From Eledone cirrhosa (taxonomy: Eukaryota), in NCBI GenBank assembly GCA_964016885.1, contig OZ024764.1, positions 23,808,001 through 23,872,000 of the forward strand: DNA of 64,000 nt, given 5' to 3'. The first letter of the stretch is position 1. Each line of letters opens with the position of its first letter. Shown here piece after piece: positions 26,307 through 39,713 of the stretch. The notes under the pieces were generated by a model. The model searched no databases. It saw only the letters and a list, made by a program, of their open reading frames with translations, and had not been told where the DNA came from. Position numbers and translations under genes: made by a program.

Positions 26307-27344
26307 TTTGTTACTAAATACTAGATATTAGAGGGTCATGTTGTTCTAGATGTGCTGGAAGAGCCATTCCATCTTGTGTGGCTCACACCAGCAGCTAGCC
26401 ACCTCAGCACCTATGGTGGTATATTTATTATATTATTTATTCTTTATCATTAACATTAATATAAAAGATAATTATATATTTTTAGAGAAGAACCTCTAAT
26501 TTCATATAGCTTAGGGCTTCAGTAGGTAAAAGTCTGGCCCTGCTTGTCTTGTATTTTTTAGGGGAGAAGTTAGGGAATACGGTTATTGTGTGAAAGTTTT
26601 CTAAATCTTCTTCAACCACTAACATGGAGAAGATATTTCAGTAAGAAGGTTCACATCCTGACATCTATGGCTGTTAACAAAGTGATTGGAATTCATTATT
26701 AAACAAATGTTATATCATCATCACTGTTTAACATCAGTTTTTTCACGCTGGCATGGGTTAGACGAGTTATCCTGTTGTAAGCAAAGCCAGGTCAGGTGAT
26801 AATGTGTTGCTCCTACAGAACAAATTTTGGTTTGGTTTCTGCAGCTGGATGCCCTTCCTAGCACCAACCTTATTTACATTGAGTACTGGGTGCATTTTAT
26901 CATCTCACCATCAGGACCACTTTACAGTGTAGGCTGGGTGCTTTTTGTTGTGACACATACATGACCACTTTATAGTGTGGACTGGGTACTTTTTGTTGTG
27001 ACACCTACACGACCCCTTTAAAGTTTGGGCTGGGTACTTTTTGTTGTCACCTACATGACCACTTTACAGTGTGGACTGGTTTCTTTTTGTCATATCACCT
27101 ACATGACCACCTTATAATGTTGACTGTGTGTTCTTTACAGTGTGGGCTGGTTTCTTTTTGTCATATCACCTACATGACCACCTTATAATGTTGACTGTGT
27201 ATTCTCTATAGTGTGGGTTGGGTGCTTCTTGTCATATCTCCTACCCAACCACTTTGCAGTGTGGGCAGTGAAATATCAGTAATACACCAGCTCCAATATT
27301 CACTAATCAGAAGAAGGGAGGTAGGCATAAAAGCCAAACACGCT

Positions 27345-27800
27345 GTCTTCAATTAGGTTTTTGTGCCAACCCTTACCTATGGTCACATATCTTGGGTAAT
27401 GACCAAAAGAATATGATTGGGAATACAAATGGCAGATATGGGATTCCTCTGAAGGGTCTTTGAAGGAACTTTTCTCAATAAAGTGCATAGCTCTTAGATC
27501 AGAGAGTCACTCCAGGTGGAACTGTTACTTCTAATTGAGAGATCACAGCTGCAATACTATGGCCATGTGGTTAGAATGTCTGAGGAAAGAATCACTGGAT
27601 AGATTTTACAGGCAAAACTAACCGGCAGGAGACCCAGGGGTAGACCTGAGCAAGATGGTCACATAACATCCATGAGCTTGGCTGGTCTCTCTGGGAGATC
27701 CAGCCAGACCAGTTGGAGTGGGTTGCTTCTGACAGGACCTGTTGGAGGGAGTGTTTGAGGACTCTGCCCCCAAGACCCTCTCTGGAATGAGTGGGTTAAT
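27345..27800 (+). mobile_element. Old RTE (Expander/Rex3-like) 3' fragment
   Basis: Degenerate VPTLTYGH.SWVMT..ERSQL.YYGHVVRM..RRPRGRP; paralog at 57110-57570. Confidence 0.6.
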
Positions 27801-28087
27801 AAGCAGAGGTTGAGGTTACATAATCAACATCAGATTTCCCTGCTAGCAAGGGTTTAATGAGTCTACTTCAACCAATTAAGTACTAAAGTGAGGCTACTGA
27901 TCTCCCACACAGACCAAGGATCTGAGACTTATTTACATAAGGTCTCATTTGCTACTGAGTGCACAGAAAAGGTTGTCATGATTGAAGGGTTCTCCGACAC
28001 TATTGTTGGGCAAGCTTTCTATAGCTAGATGTCCTTCACATGACCAACCACATTACAGCCTGTGTTGGGTGTGTTTATCATGTAGGT

Positions 28088-30073
28088 GAGACATAACAAA
28101 CTGAGGGTTCCCCAAGGGCCACATAGGTCACATGTGTTGTCTGAGGGTTGCACACGACAACTAAGTAGTCATTTAATAAAATATATTGCAGAAAGATTTG
28201 TTACTTAAATTTAGAAACATACAATGTACATACAAATGTTTTAGCAGCATTCATGAATACAAAGTAATGAAGTAGTTTGACAAAAAACTAAAATTTAACA
28301 TGTCAACATATACTTGCAGATTGTAACAGCAACAAATACATTGTACACAAATAACAACAGTTGAAAACTGAACATTTATTTGCTACTATTCAACCATTTT
28401 TAGTGTTTTGTCCTGAGGCTTGACACTTCTTTCTGTTGACTATTTTTGGTATATCTGGCTGAAATGTCTGTACAGTTCCAACTTTAATCAGATGACAAGT
28501 GTTGATCAGTCAGCCTTGTTCTCTGAGAAGTTTTTGTTAAGCTAAGTACAGACTCAGTATGGGCAGTGATTTTCAGCTCTTTGCACATAAGAAAATGTAT
28601 TAAATTTTCATCTGACAACGGAGACTTCCATAAGCTAAGTTTTCTAATGAAGAACTTGATGTCATCATACAACTGAGTGATGGGTTTGTTTTTACCTTGT
28701 AATTTCAAATTAAGATAAGTTAATTGTGCAGTAATATCCATAACAAAAGCCAGATGTTGGAGCCAACTTTCATCTTTTATTTCATCTATGTTTTGACCTT
28801 TCATCTCCAAAAACATAATTATTTCAACAAATAGAATCTTTTCAGCACTTTGTGACATGTCAACCAGCAGACTTCTGTGTAGAATGTGAACTGATTATCC
28901 ATATCTTCCAACAACTGGTTGAGAGCATGGCCTCTGATTTAGTTCACTGTCTTTGTGACCAAGCTAAGCACATGATGCAATTTTAAAATCTTTCAACATA
29001 AATTTTGCTGATGAAAATGTGCAAATGATGAATCTAGAATGGGTTTTCTATTTTTGTTTGTAACTTGGCAGCAACACCATTATGTCTACCAACCATATTT
29101 GCAGCACTGTCAGTAGATAAACATGCAAGATTACTCAGATCAATACCATGCAGACACTGCTTGACCTTCTCAAAGATGTCCTGGCTTGTTATAGTGTCAT
29201 GCATGGGGACCAGTTCAATCAGTTCTTCATAAATATTAAATTCACAGTCACAGGCCCTGATGAAGAATGCAAGCTGTACTATTCCAGTGATGTCAACAGT
29301 CTCTTCAATAGCAATAGAAACATGTTCAAACCTTGATGATCCAGCCTTTAACTGTTGTTTCAGATCACCTGACATTTCATTAATCTGTTCAGCAACAGTG
29401 TTCCTGGTTAATGAAATGTCTTTGAATAACTCTGCTTTCTCTGGACAATTTCAGCTGTTTTTACAAGACATTGCTTTACAAAATCTCCTTCACTGTAAGA
29501 TTTCCCACTCATGGCAATCATTTGACTGAGTTCTTAGCTTGCAGTAACAGAAGTGACATTCTCTTCCTGAGTTAACATAAAACAGGTCTATTGCTGTGTC
29601 AAGTTAGACTTCAATTCCTTGAGTCTTGAAACACACATGGGGCTTCATATTTATCGTAAGATTGATGGTTTGTTTCATAATGTCTTTTTAAATTGTACTC
29701 TTTTGGCGTGGAGATGTAGTTGTTGCAAATTAAACAGTGTATCTTTCTGTTCACCATTGGGCAAAAATATTGTAATTCCCACTTTTCTTGAAACACTTGC
29801 CCTTCTTCGTTCAATTTCCTTTTTCTCTTAGCTGGAGGAGCACTAACCATTTCAAAAACAAAATCTTTTGAAATTTTGAAAGAAAGTTTTCTGTTAATGA
29901 GCTGCACGTGATTAATGGAAGTTAAAAGTAGTTGACAAAATTTGCACAAAAAAAATAATTGTATCGAAAATGTTTTAAATTTTATATTACGAAAATGAAA
30001 GATGCTCGCACTGTAAAAACCTTTGTGTGGGCTGCAGGTTTGCTTGCCAAGGGCCGCATGTTTGACATGTCTG
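28088..30073 (-). mobile_element. hAT transposon (SPIN/GTF2IRD2-like), internally deleted
   Basis: 8-bp TSD ATGTAGGT on both sides; TIR CAGACATGTCAAAC; transposase pieces FQEKWELQYF..CLICN..KEYNLKRHYET and STDSAANMVG. Confidence 0.9.
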
Positions 30074-30079
30074 ATGTAG

Positions 30080-30640
30080 GTTACCAACACTAGGCAGGGC
30101 AGCATGTCCTTCAGTGTGTTCTGCTACATTAACTACCAGGAGGTCACCACATGAGACAAAGACCAAAGACTACATTTCAAAGAAGGGTCATAAAAGAACT
30201 AAATACAAAAGTCCTCGCAGCAAAAAACAAATAATTGAGCTTTGGGTCTAGGTCAAGGGGCAGAAGTGCTGTACCCTGTGGATAAGACTGCAAAAGTATT
30301 CGCCCCGGACAGTGACACCCACTGCAATAGCCACCCCAACCCCATGGGACTCCCTCTTCAGAAGGGCCACCAATGTTCTGATCTTACAGAGGAGCTCGCC
30401 CGTACAGGGTCCAAGTACTTCTGAGCTCTCGATGGTGACCGGTGTGAAGAGACCTACAATTGATGTCATCCCAGTTATGTTGGACTGTAATATACTGGGG
30501 TATAGAGAGGCCTTAACCTGTCTCAGCCGCGCCACCCAGGGTTGTGTCATCTAGGTACTAGACAGGGGTGACTAGACCATGTTGTCAACTGTCACCACCA
30601 ATAGGAGTGAGGCGAGTGGGTCCCCTTGCTAGACACCATA
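30080..30640 (-). mobile_element. Possible old LINE fragment
   Basis: GC-elevated segment with decayed ORFs, duplicated at 60230-60790; family and orientation uncertain. Confidence 0.3.
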
Positions 30641-30865
30641 TATAAAACGTATTTGCTAATTACTTTAATGAATAATTTGTTTCATACGTAATTATTCCTT
30701 TTAACACAACAGGATTTTGTACACGTGTTTGTTTGAAAACATCTTTCAAAGAAGTATGAGACAGTCTTTTGTCGTGTTTATTATAATAAATTACTGTATG
30801 TTGAGCTGTTTTAACTTCTCCACCTTCTATTATTTCATATTGTTTTTGTAAAAAAACGAGATCTT

Positions 30866-30899
<34 letters not shown>

Positions 30900-30902
<3 letters not shown>

Positions 30903-31105
30903 GGCGTGTGGCTGAGTGGTTAGAGAATTGGATTCGGAATTGTGAGTTCGATTCTCAGACTGGGCGGTGCGTTATGTCCTTGAGCAAGACATATTATTTC
31001 ACGTTGCTCCTTCTACCTGGAGTTGCAACCGATAGATAGTATTAGCAATTGGAAAGACCAATGGTAACATTGTTTCCTCGGTCCGATTTGACGAAAAGTT
31101 GATCA
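30900..31105 (+). mobile_element. tRNA-derived SINE
   Basis: A box TGGCTGAGTGG, B box GTTCGATTC and CCTTGAGCAAGACA core, following a (TA)n tract; paralog at 61031-61245. Confidence 0.75.
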
Positions 31106-31447
31106 TAAAAAACATATATAGAGAGAGAGAGAGAAACATACACTACTGTATTACATATGTAAGGGGAGATAACTCTCGTTACATCCCCCCTTCTTTTTGA
31201 TATACGTACTTTAAATACTTTGTTAAATGGAATCTGCTTTATTTTGTCCTAAGTAGATTTCTGTTTAAGTATTTACGAGATTCACAATGATTCACGTAAC
31301 CAAGTTACTTACATAGAGATATATTTCACATAGAATCACAACAAATGAAAATATTAAGTCAACACTCTGTCAATCAGTCTCACATCACATGGGGTGCTGG
31401 AGTCTCCCTCTAATACTTTCTGAGACAGTCTTACCTCGAGTGATAGC

Positions 31448-31993
31448 AAGGCTAAGATGTTGGAACTACCAAACACCCTCATATGTATCACCTGACACCT
31501 CGGTAAGGAGAGCTGACAACGATAACAAGAACCTCGTTGTCAGGGACCTATCTCCTCCAAACTTCTCCAACACCACAGACTAGAATATTCTACTTTTTAT
31601 TCCCTATCAAATATATTTCAGTCTAGTCATTTGTCTTGTATCTTGTATATGTATTTTCAAAACTAACTGTCACATTTGTGAGACCCCAGTTAGTGATGTT
31701 TTTGTCTCCCTCCCACATCCTACATGCTGTAGTAAAAGTGAGGGTCACTGCTTCTGTAGACGAACGAAATAAAAGCTAAACTACCAGTAATTATCGGCAA
31801 AGTATTTATTCCAGTCTGTGATGTTTGAGAAGCTGGGCTGCTGACAACGAAGTTGTTGTCACTGTTGGCAGCTGGCTTTACCGAAGTACCCGATGACTCT
31901 TGTGAGGGTACTTAGCTGTTCTGGTGGTTTAGCCTCCACGTGACCCGATCTTACCGAGATACCCGGTGATCTCTGTAAGAGTACTTAGCTGTT
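31448..31993. repeat. Upstream inverted-repeat block (unit 3)
   Basis: Paralog of 17197-17740. Confidence 0.75.
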
Positions 31994-32071
31994 CTATTTT
32001 AATTACATTTACTGATTTCAACTTCATTTTTTTATTACAAACTTTACATAATTTAATTCCGTAAAAATATT

Positions 32072-32204
32072 TTACGTCACAAAAAAACATTGAAGCATGC
32101 GCAGTGGTGCAGTTGTCGACTTCCTGTCCACGTGTTAGTCTTCCTACAACATCATTTAGAAAACATTTCTGTAAATACTAAACACCTGAGACTATAATGT
32201 AAGT
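32072..32204 (+). promoter_or_regulatory. Unit 3 promoter, exon 1 and donor
   Basis: CRE/NRF1/ETS/E-box series intact; GTAAGT at 32199. Confidence 0.7.
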
Positions 32205-32730
32205 ATTATGTCTATTAATATTGTAGATTTAAGCTCACTCTTCACATCACAAATATATATTTTCTTGTTTGTTTCATTACTGGAAATATAAAATGTTATC
32301 GTAATTATCTATATTTTACCTACCTCTAATTAATTAAAGTGGAAACTTTTGTTGTTGCTGAAAAATAATTTAACAAAACTAAATATTTAAATATTCTAAA
32401 ATATCGTTTTTATATTATGTGATGATATAATTAATATATTTTATTACAATTGTATAAATTTACAGTAGAATAACGTTGTAAATATGTTTTAAATATATAC
32501 ATAAATAACATAAGTGTGTAAATAACATTATAAATTGCTGGCAATTCCTTGAGAAAGACATTACAAATATATTGTCTAAACTGTGTATAATAATATAATT
32601 TATTGAACAATAATGATAAAGGAAAGAAAAACACAGTGGGAGATGGCAATTGACCACCAAGTGTGATAATAGGCCACACCTTAGGGGTTAACTACATACT
32701 TTGAGGCAAGCCAACACACTGGCAGCATTA

Positions 32731-32947
32731 CTAAGGTGTTGAAATAACCAGGTACCCTCACGGGTATCATCTGACATCTCAATAAGGTGAGGCTAAGGTG
32801 CTGAAATAACCAGGTACCCTCACGGGTAGCACCTGGTACCTCGGTAAGGTGAGGCTAAGGTGTTGAAATAACCAGGTACCCTCACAGGTATCACCTAACA
32901 CCTCGGTAAGGTGAGGCTAAGGGGCTGAAATAACCAGGTACCCTCAC
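32731..32947 (+). repeat. 62-bp minisatellite, about 3.5 units
   Basis: GAAATAACCAGGTAC at 32741, 32803, 32865 and 32927; followed by a left-truncated palindromic MITE ending at 33176. Confidence 0.95.
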
Positions 32948-33559
32948 GAGTATTTTCTCTGGACCCCTCAGATACTTGCAATACACGTTTTATTCCCCAG
33001 TATTAGGGTTAGGGTTTCCGTTTTCAGGAAGAATAGTCGATTGCAAACATCTAAGAGGTCTAGAAATAAAATTAAGGAAAGATAATTATTTCCCAGCCAA
33101 CTGGAGAAGTGTGTAGCTCTTCTTAACTCCGATAATCCTGTCTCCCACTTCTTTATCTACAAGTCTAGTCGTTTCCTGCTACTTTGAAGGCCCTATTAGG
33201 GTTAGGGTTTCCCTTTGAAGGTAAATTGTGAATCAGTTATTTTTAAACAAACTATCAAAGAAGTGATCTCACAGTAACTGTGTTTGATTTAATCAACTTA
33301 TTCCCCCCAAACATTGTCGACCTTGTGTCTAAATCAGAAACTATTATTAGATCTTAAATCAACCCCGTAAAGATGAAGGGCAAAGCTAACCTCGGCGGGA
33401 TTTCAACCCTTTATGTTATGAGTTCAAATCCCACCAAAGTTAACTTTGTCTTTCATTCTAACGGGGTGGATAAATTAAAGTTCCAGTAATCTACTGGGGT
33501 CTGAGATATTAAGGTTTGAGTAGATTCTATCTTTTTGTGTGTTTGTATTTATAATCTTA

Positions 33560-34620
33560 CTAGAAACCCTGTGACCTGTTGGGTCACATTCCCTTTAAAA
33601 ATAATTTTTAAATAATTAAAATATACACAGACATGTCTATAATCTAAAATGAAATTAGTAGTTAGGCCCATGTATATATATATATATGCGTGTGTGTATA
33701 TATATATGTGTGTGTGTGTATATATATATGTCACAGACACACACACACAAGTCGCTTGTTATAATTTTAAAATTTTGTTCAACAACACCAACAGCTCTCT
33801 CTCTCACACACCCATTATCTTTCTCTCTCTATTTATGAAGGTACCAGAAAAACCCATATCTCGGGAACCTGTGCTCTGATCTACGTGAAACTTATTTTAT
33901 CCCATCTGTATTCCCATTTCAGGGTCAACTTCCTTTCAAACTATTTTCCCATTATGCCCCGTTTTGGCTGTATTACATTACAGACAAGACACAATCACAG
34001 AGTTTTAGGTTTATAATGTGTGGTTAGAAAAAGCTATACCCTGCTTGCAAGGGTGGGACGGGAAATGATACTGGCTTGATTTCTACAGCTGGATGCCCTT
34101 CCTAACACCAACCTCATTTACAGTGAGTGCTGGGTGCTTTTTTACCGTGGCACCTCCACGACCACTTTGCAGTGGAATAATAGGACTCCAGTCCTATCAT
34201 CTCATTTCTACAGCTGAGTAAACTGGAGCAATGTGAAATAAAGTGTCTTGCTCAAGGAAACAACAAATCACCCGGTCTGAGAATTGATCTCACAACCTTT
34301 GGATTGCAAGGCCAATGCTCTAACCACTAAACCATGTGCCTCCATGTATATATATGCGTGTGTGTATATATATGTGTGTGTGTATATATATAATTTTAAA
34401 ATTTTGTTCAACAACACCACCAGCTCTCCCTCTCTCTCTATTTACGAAGGTACCAGAAAAAACCCATCTCGGGATCGTGTGCTGTGATTTACATGAAACT
34501 TGTTTTATCCCATTTGTATTCCCATTTCAGGGTCAACTTCCTTTCAACTATTTCCCCATTATGCCCCGTTTTGGCTGTATTACATTACAGACAAGACACA
34601 ATCACAGAGTTTTAGGTTTA
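33560..34620 (-). mobile_element. Helitron copy plus partial duplicate, separated by SINE fragments
   Basis: 33560-34010 matches 19536-20030; 34345-34620 repeats its 5' part; SINE pieces lie between. Confidence 0.65.
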
Positions 34621-34854
34621 TAGTATCATGATAGGGTAATACAGTTATTTCAGTCCACACTGGGGGGTATTAGTGTTGGTTCAGTCCAGCCTGGGGTGTG
34701 TTAGGGTTGGTTCAGTCCACGCTGGGGGGGGGGGGGGTGTTAGGATTGGTTCAGTCCACCCTGGAGGGTGTTAGGGTTGGTTCAGTCCACCCTGGGGGCT
34801 GTTAGTGCTGGTCAATGATAAACCTTTATAATTAGAGGCCTGTTGTTGAGGACA

Positions 34855-37168
34855 ACCCGTCCTTATTCTAGATATTATGGCCTCACAGCACCCTCCCCCT
34901 TGCTAATCTGATCACCTAGGTATCGGAAGCTATCAACCACTTTTAGAGAACCCATCTGCATTTAAAAAATGAGTCTATCACTGCAACTTCTACTCTCAAA
35001 TTTCCCTGTACATCTACTGCATATGTAGTTTTCCCTACCTGTTAGTTTGCCTGCTATCCCACTACATCTCTTGTGTACCCAAGATCTGCATTGTGTACAT
35101 TATAGAATTTATGCCAGTTCCTTTTCTACATATTGAACAAGGCCATTTCCCTGATGGAATGACAGTTTTGTCCTCTTTTCTACTCAACACTTTTGTCTTA
35201 GCTAGGTTCACTCTCAGTCCTCTTGATTCCAACTGCTGTTGCAATAGCCAGAATTTATTCTCTAGCTCCTCTACTGATTCTGCTATAAGAACCAGATCGT
35301 CAGCATAGAGAAGTTCCCATGGGCAGCCAGTCTTAAACTCTTCTGTTATGACTTGGAGGACTATAATGAACAAGAGCGGGCTGAGGACCGAAACCTGATG
35401 TACTCCTACTTGTATTCTGGAATTCCTCACTAAACTCCATGCCTACCCTCACTTTACTGACAGCACCTCTGTACATAGCTTGCACTGTCTTCACAAACTA
35501 TTCCTCTACACCTAGTTTCCTTAGGGACCACCAGATGACAGATTGGGGTACTCTATCAAAGGCCTTCTCTAGGCCAACAAAAGCTAAGTATAGTGGTTTT
35601 CTTCTCTAAGAACCTCTCTTGTAGTTGTCTCACTAAGAAGAGGGCATCTGTTTGACCCTTTCTCTAAGTTGCGCTAGTATTCTTTCTGTCACTTTCATAA
35701 CCTGATCCATCAGCTTTATACCCCTATAATTACTCCTCTCCCTCCAGAACATTCCCTTTACCTTTACCTCAATTTATGAGAATACTGCTGCACCAGTCTT
35801 TGGGGGTGACACCACCATATATAGCTTGATTAATGATGCATGCAACCACTTTAATTCCTACTTCTCCTGATGCCTTCAGCATCTCAGCAATTATCCCCAA
35901 CGGTCCAGCGTACTTACCATTTTTCATTTCCTTAATTGCCTCTTGGACCCTATAGTCGTCAATCTCAATAGCTGGTCCCTCTGGCGGGTCTACTGAAGGT
36001 AGCTCCCCTCCTATTCATTCTCCACATTCATCAGTCTCTCATAATGACATTTCCAGGCCTCCTTTTTTTTGAGAATCAGTGACACTAAGTGCACCAACAT
36101 CCTGATTTGCACTGACACACTGCCTTGCAATGTGGATCACCGCACATCTCTGATCTCCCTATCGCAGGACATTGGCAAACCTTCTACTCTCAGCCTCCCT
36201 GCATGTTAAGTAAACCTGACATCTAGCTTCTCTCTTAGTGGCTGTGTATCGGTCTCTACCCCTACCATTTTTCAAAGCCTTTTGTCTCTAATGGCTCTAT
36301 CTACCGTACTGTTCCACCACCAGGTCACCCTCTGTTTGGTTGGAGCTCTGCTCCAGCCACAAGTTTCTTCAGTAACCTGCAGTAAGTTGTAACGTAAGAA
36401 ATTCCAATTATCATCCATGTCATACGACATTGAAGGGCTTTCCTAAATTTATATTTTAGTGAAAGGTCTTTTAGTTTCCAGACCTTCCTTTTTCAAACCT
36501 TCTTGTATGTCTCATTTTGTCTCTTGGGGGGTTACATTGTTCCCTGGGGTATGCCTTAGTATTTGACACCATCTATCTGTCTTACTCCCTAACTAGCAAG
36601 AAGTCAATCTGTCTCATGTGCTCACCTGATTGGTAGGTTATTAGGTGGTTGGTAGGTTTCTTGAAGTGTTGTAAATGGTTAGTTCACTTGCATCACAAAA
36701 TACAAGAAGCCTCACTCCTTCTTCGTTTCTTGAGTCATAACCATGACCACCATGTACCCCAGTATATCCATCCTCGAACTGTCCAACATGACCATTGAAG
36801 TCCCCTGCTATTATAACTAGGTCTCTGTCATTGTGGTTATCTCTACTTATTCCTTTTCTACATATGGAGCAGGGCTACTTTCCTGAAGGGGTCAGGGTCT
36901 TCTCTCCTATCCATTAGCACTTTAGTTTTGGCTAAGTATATTCTCAGAACTTACCATTTCAAATTCTATATCTATAGCTGGTCATCTACATAGAGAAGTT
37001 TCCATAGACAGCCAGTCTTAAACCTCTCTGTTATGGCTTGGAGAACTATGATGAACAACAGTGGGCTAAGAACTAAACCATGATGAACTCCTACCTGTAC
37101 CTTCAATTCCTCACTAAACACACTTTACTGACAGCTTCTCACAAGCCATTCTTCTACACCTAATTTCT
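34855..37168 (-). mobile_element. Degraded RTE LINE
   Basis: ORF 35062-35430 (VGVHQ.SVLSPLLF..PWELLYADD); collinear with 20880-22873 and then 4260-4602. Confidence 0.85.
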
Positions 37169-37172
37169 TTAA

Positions 37173-37380
37173 CCCTTTAGTATATAAACTGGCCATATCT
37201 GGCCAGAATTGTCTCATGTCTTTCTGTTCAAACTGGCCGTAACTGGTCACTTATACTTATGTTAAGGTATTGTTCTCAAAATAAGTAACATCAAAATCTC
37301 ATAGATTTGATATTATGAGTGATAAAGCATTTACTGTGAAAATATAATAGTAAATATAGAGTAATGTGAATACTAAAGGG
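37173..37380. mobile_element. piggyBac-like MITE, uninterrupted
   Basis: TTAA|CCCTTTAGTAT...ATACTAAAGGG|TTAA; provides the empty site for the CR1 insertion of units 1 and 4. Confidence 0.8.
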
Positions 37381-37388
37381 TTAATCTG

Positions 37389-37678
37389 ATGTCACTAATA
37401 ACTACTTTTATCAGTCAGTATAATCTACTGTCACTAATAACTACTTTTATCAGTCAGTATAATCTAACGTCACTAATAACTACTTTTATCAGTCAGTTTA
37501 ATCTAATGTCACTAATAACTACTTTTATCAGTCAGTTTAATCTAATGTCACTAATAACTACTTTTATCAGTCAGTTTAATCTAAAGTCACTAATAACTAC
37601 TTTTATCAGTCAGTTTAATCTAATGTCACTAATAACTACTTTTATCAGTCAGTTTAATCTACTTCCACTAATAACTAA
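37389..37678 (+). repeat. 39-bp minisatellite, 7 full units
   Basis: Same unit as 6098-6970. Confidence 0.95.
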
Positions 37679-37821
37679 CCTATGTTAGTCAGCACATTCT
37701 TCACCAAAGAAGGCCTTAGTATTTATTACAGTCCATTTATCAATATAGAAATATTATATGAAATTTGTACTGATGTATTACAAGTTTCTCAGTATCTTAT
37801 AATGTTCTTTTATTATTTCAG

Positions 37822-37963
37822 AATACCAGAGGACATTGGCATTAAAGAGCACGTTACATCAGACATATCCTCAACATTAACCATTTCTAATGAAAGACAC
37901 TACCCATCATTTTCAAATAATTTTGAAAACACTCAACACTTTGAAGTGATTTAGTAATATAAC
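37822..37963 (+). pseudogene. Remnant ZNF exon of unit 3 (5'UTR start only; CDS deleted)
   Basis: Acceptor and first ~140 nt match the other units; after the insert, sequence resumes at the homolog of ~12620. Confidence 0.85.
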
Positions 37964-38704
37964 TGGTTCAGTCTGGTTCAAACTGAATTGGTCTGTCCCA
38001 GTCATTCATTGAGCAACATCGGTGAAGTTGGCACCCTTAACTCACAGTTGGGTGCGGATGCATTCATGTATATATGTGTGTGTCCGCATGTATCTGTGTG
38101 TTTCTAAATATATTAATAACTCCCTCTGGTCGAGCAATCTTTGAAGTGTGGGGACAACTGGAAAGCTTCCATTACTCATACTTCTCGCCTTCTTCACTAC
38201 CTCTTCTACGGCCTCGATATGGATACCCCCTCCGCCTCCGTGGTATTTTCTTCGTGGTTATAAGAGGCTTAGCTCTGTTTCTCGACCGTTATATCGCGTG
38301 ACTATCTCCCCCTCCGCCTTTTGGGATTCTTTCTCACGTCGTGTAGACGCGTTCTTGAGACTAGTAAAATGAGGTATCCTCTTGATAAGTTGGCAGACCT
38401 CGCAAGGACTCTATATCTTTGATATATTGTTTTTGTTTATGCTACGAAACTACGTAGTCGAGGAATTTAGGAGCAGTTTAGGTATGATACATTTTATTAC
38501 TAATTATATCTAAATGTTTCTTCTCTCTTCATAATGTATTTTTAACTCTGATACTGGTTCAGTCTGGTTCAAACTGAATTGGTCTGTCCCAGTCATTCAT
38601 TGAGCAACATCGGTGAAGTTGGCACCCTTAACTCACAGTTGGGTGCGGATGCATTCATGTATATATGTGTGTGTCCGCATGTATCTGTGTGTTTCTAAAT
38701 ATAT
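37964..38704 (-). mobile_element. TRIM/LTR-like element with about 150-bp direct repeats
   Basis: Apparently identical repeats at 37964-38113 and 38555-38704; on the minus strand they end in CA, with a PBS-like GTATCAGAG after one and a purine tract AGAGGGAG before the other. Confidence 0.55.
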
Positions 38705-39713
38705 ATATATATATATATATATATACGTATGTGTATATTTTAACTATTTTAATATGACTTTAAAAAATAGTTTTAAGGCAACGTGACCCAACAGGTCCCG
38801 GGTGGTCTAGTTTGTTACTAAATACTAGATATTAGAGGGTCATGTTCTAGATGTGCTGGAAGAGCTATTCCATCTCGTGAGGCTCACACCAGCAGCTAGC
38901 CACCTCAGCACCTATGGTGGTATATTTATTATATTATTTATTCTTTATCATTAACATTAATATAAAAGATAATTATATATTTTTTAGAGAAGAACCTCTA
39001 ACTTCATATAGCTTAGGGCTTCAGTAGGTAAAAGTCTGGCCCTGCTTGTCTTGTATTTTTTAGGGGAGAAGTTAGGGAATACTGTTATTGTGTGAAAGTT
39101 TTCTAAATCTTCTTCAGCCACTAACATGGAGAAGATATTTCAGTAAGAAGGTTCACATCCTGACATCTATAGCTGTTAACAATGAGATTGGAATTCATTA
39201 TTAAACAAATGTTATATCATCATCACTGTTTTACATCAGTTTTTCCACGCTGGCATGGGTTAGACGAGTTATCCTGTTGTAAGCAATGCCAGGTCAGGTG
39301 ACCACGTGTTGCTCCTACAAAACCAATTTTGGTTTGGTTTCTACAGCTGGATGCCCTTCCCTGCACCAACCTTATTTACATTGAGTACTGGGTGCTTTTT
39401 ACTATCTCACCAACTCGACCACTTCACAGTGTGGGCTGGGTACTTTTTTACTTTTTGTCATGGCACCTACATGACCACTTTACAGTGAGTACTGGGTACT
39501 TTTTATCGTGACACCTACATGACCACTTTACAGGGTGAACTGGGTACTTTTTGTTGTGACACCTACATGACCACTTTACAGTGAGTACAGGGTACTTTTT
39601 GTCATGACACCTACACAACCTCTTTACAGTGTTGGCAGTGAAATCTAATGCGCCAGCTTCAGTAATCAGAATATACATATACACACACACAAACACAAAT
39701 ATATATATATATT

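Noticed and set aside
30900-30975. tRNA gene
   Set aside because: The A and B boxes belong to a SINE head that continues into a SINE core; no complete cloverleaf is evident.
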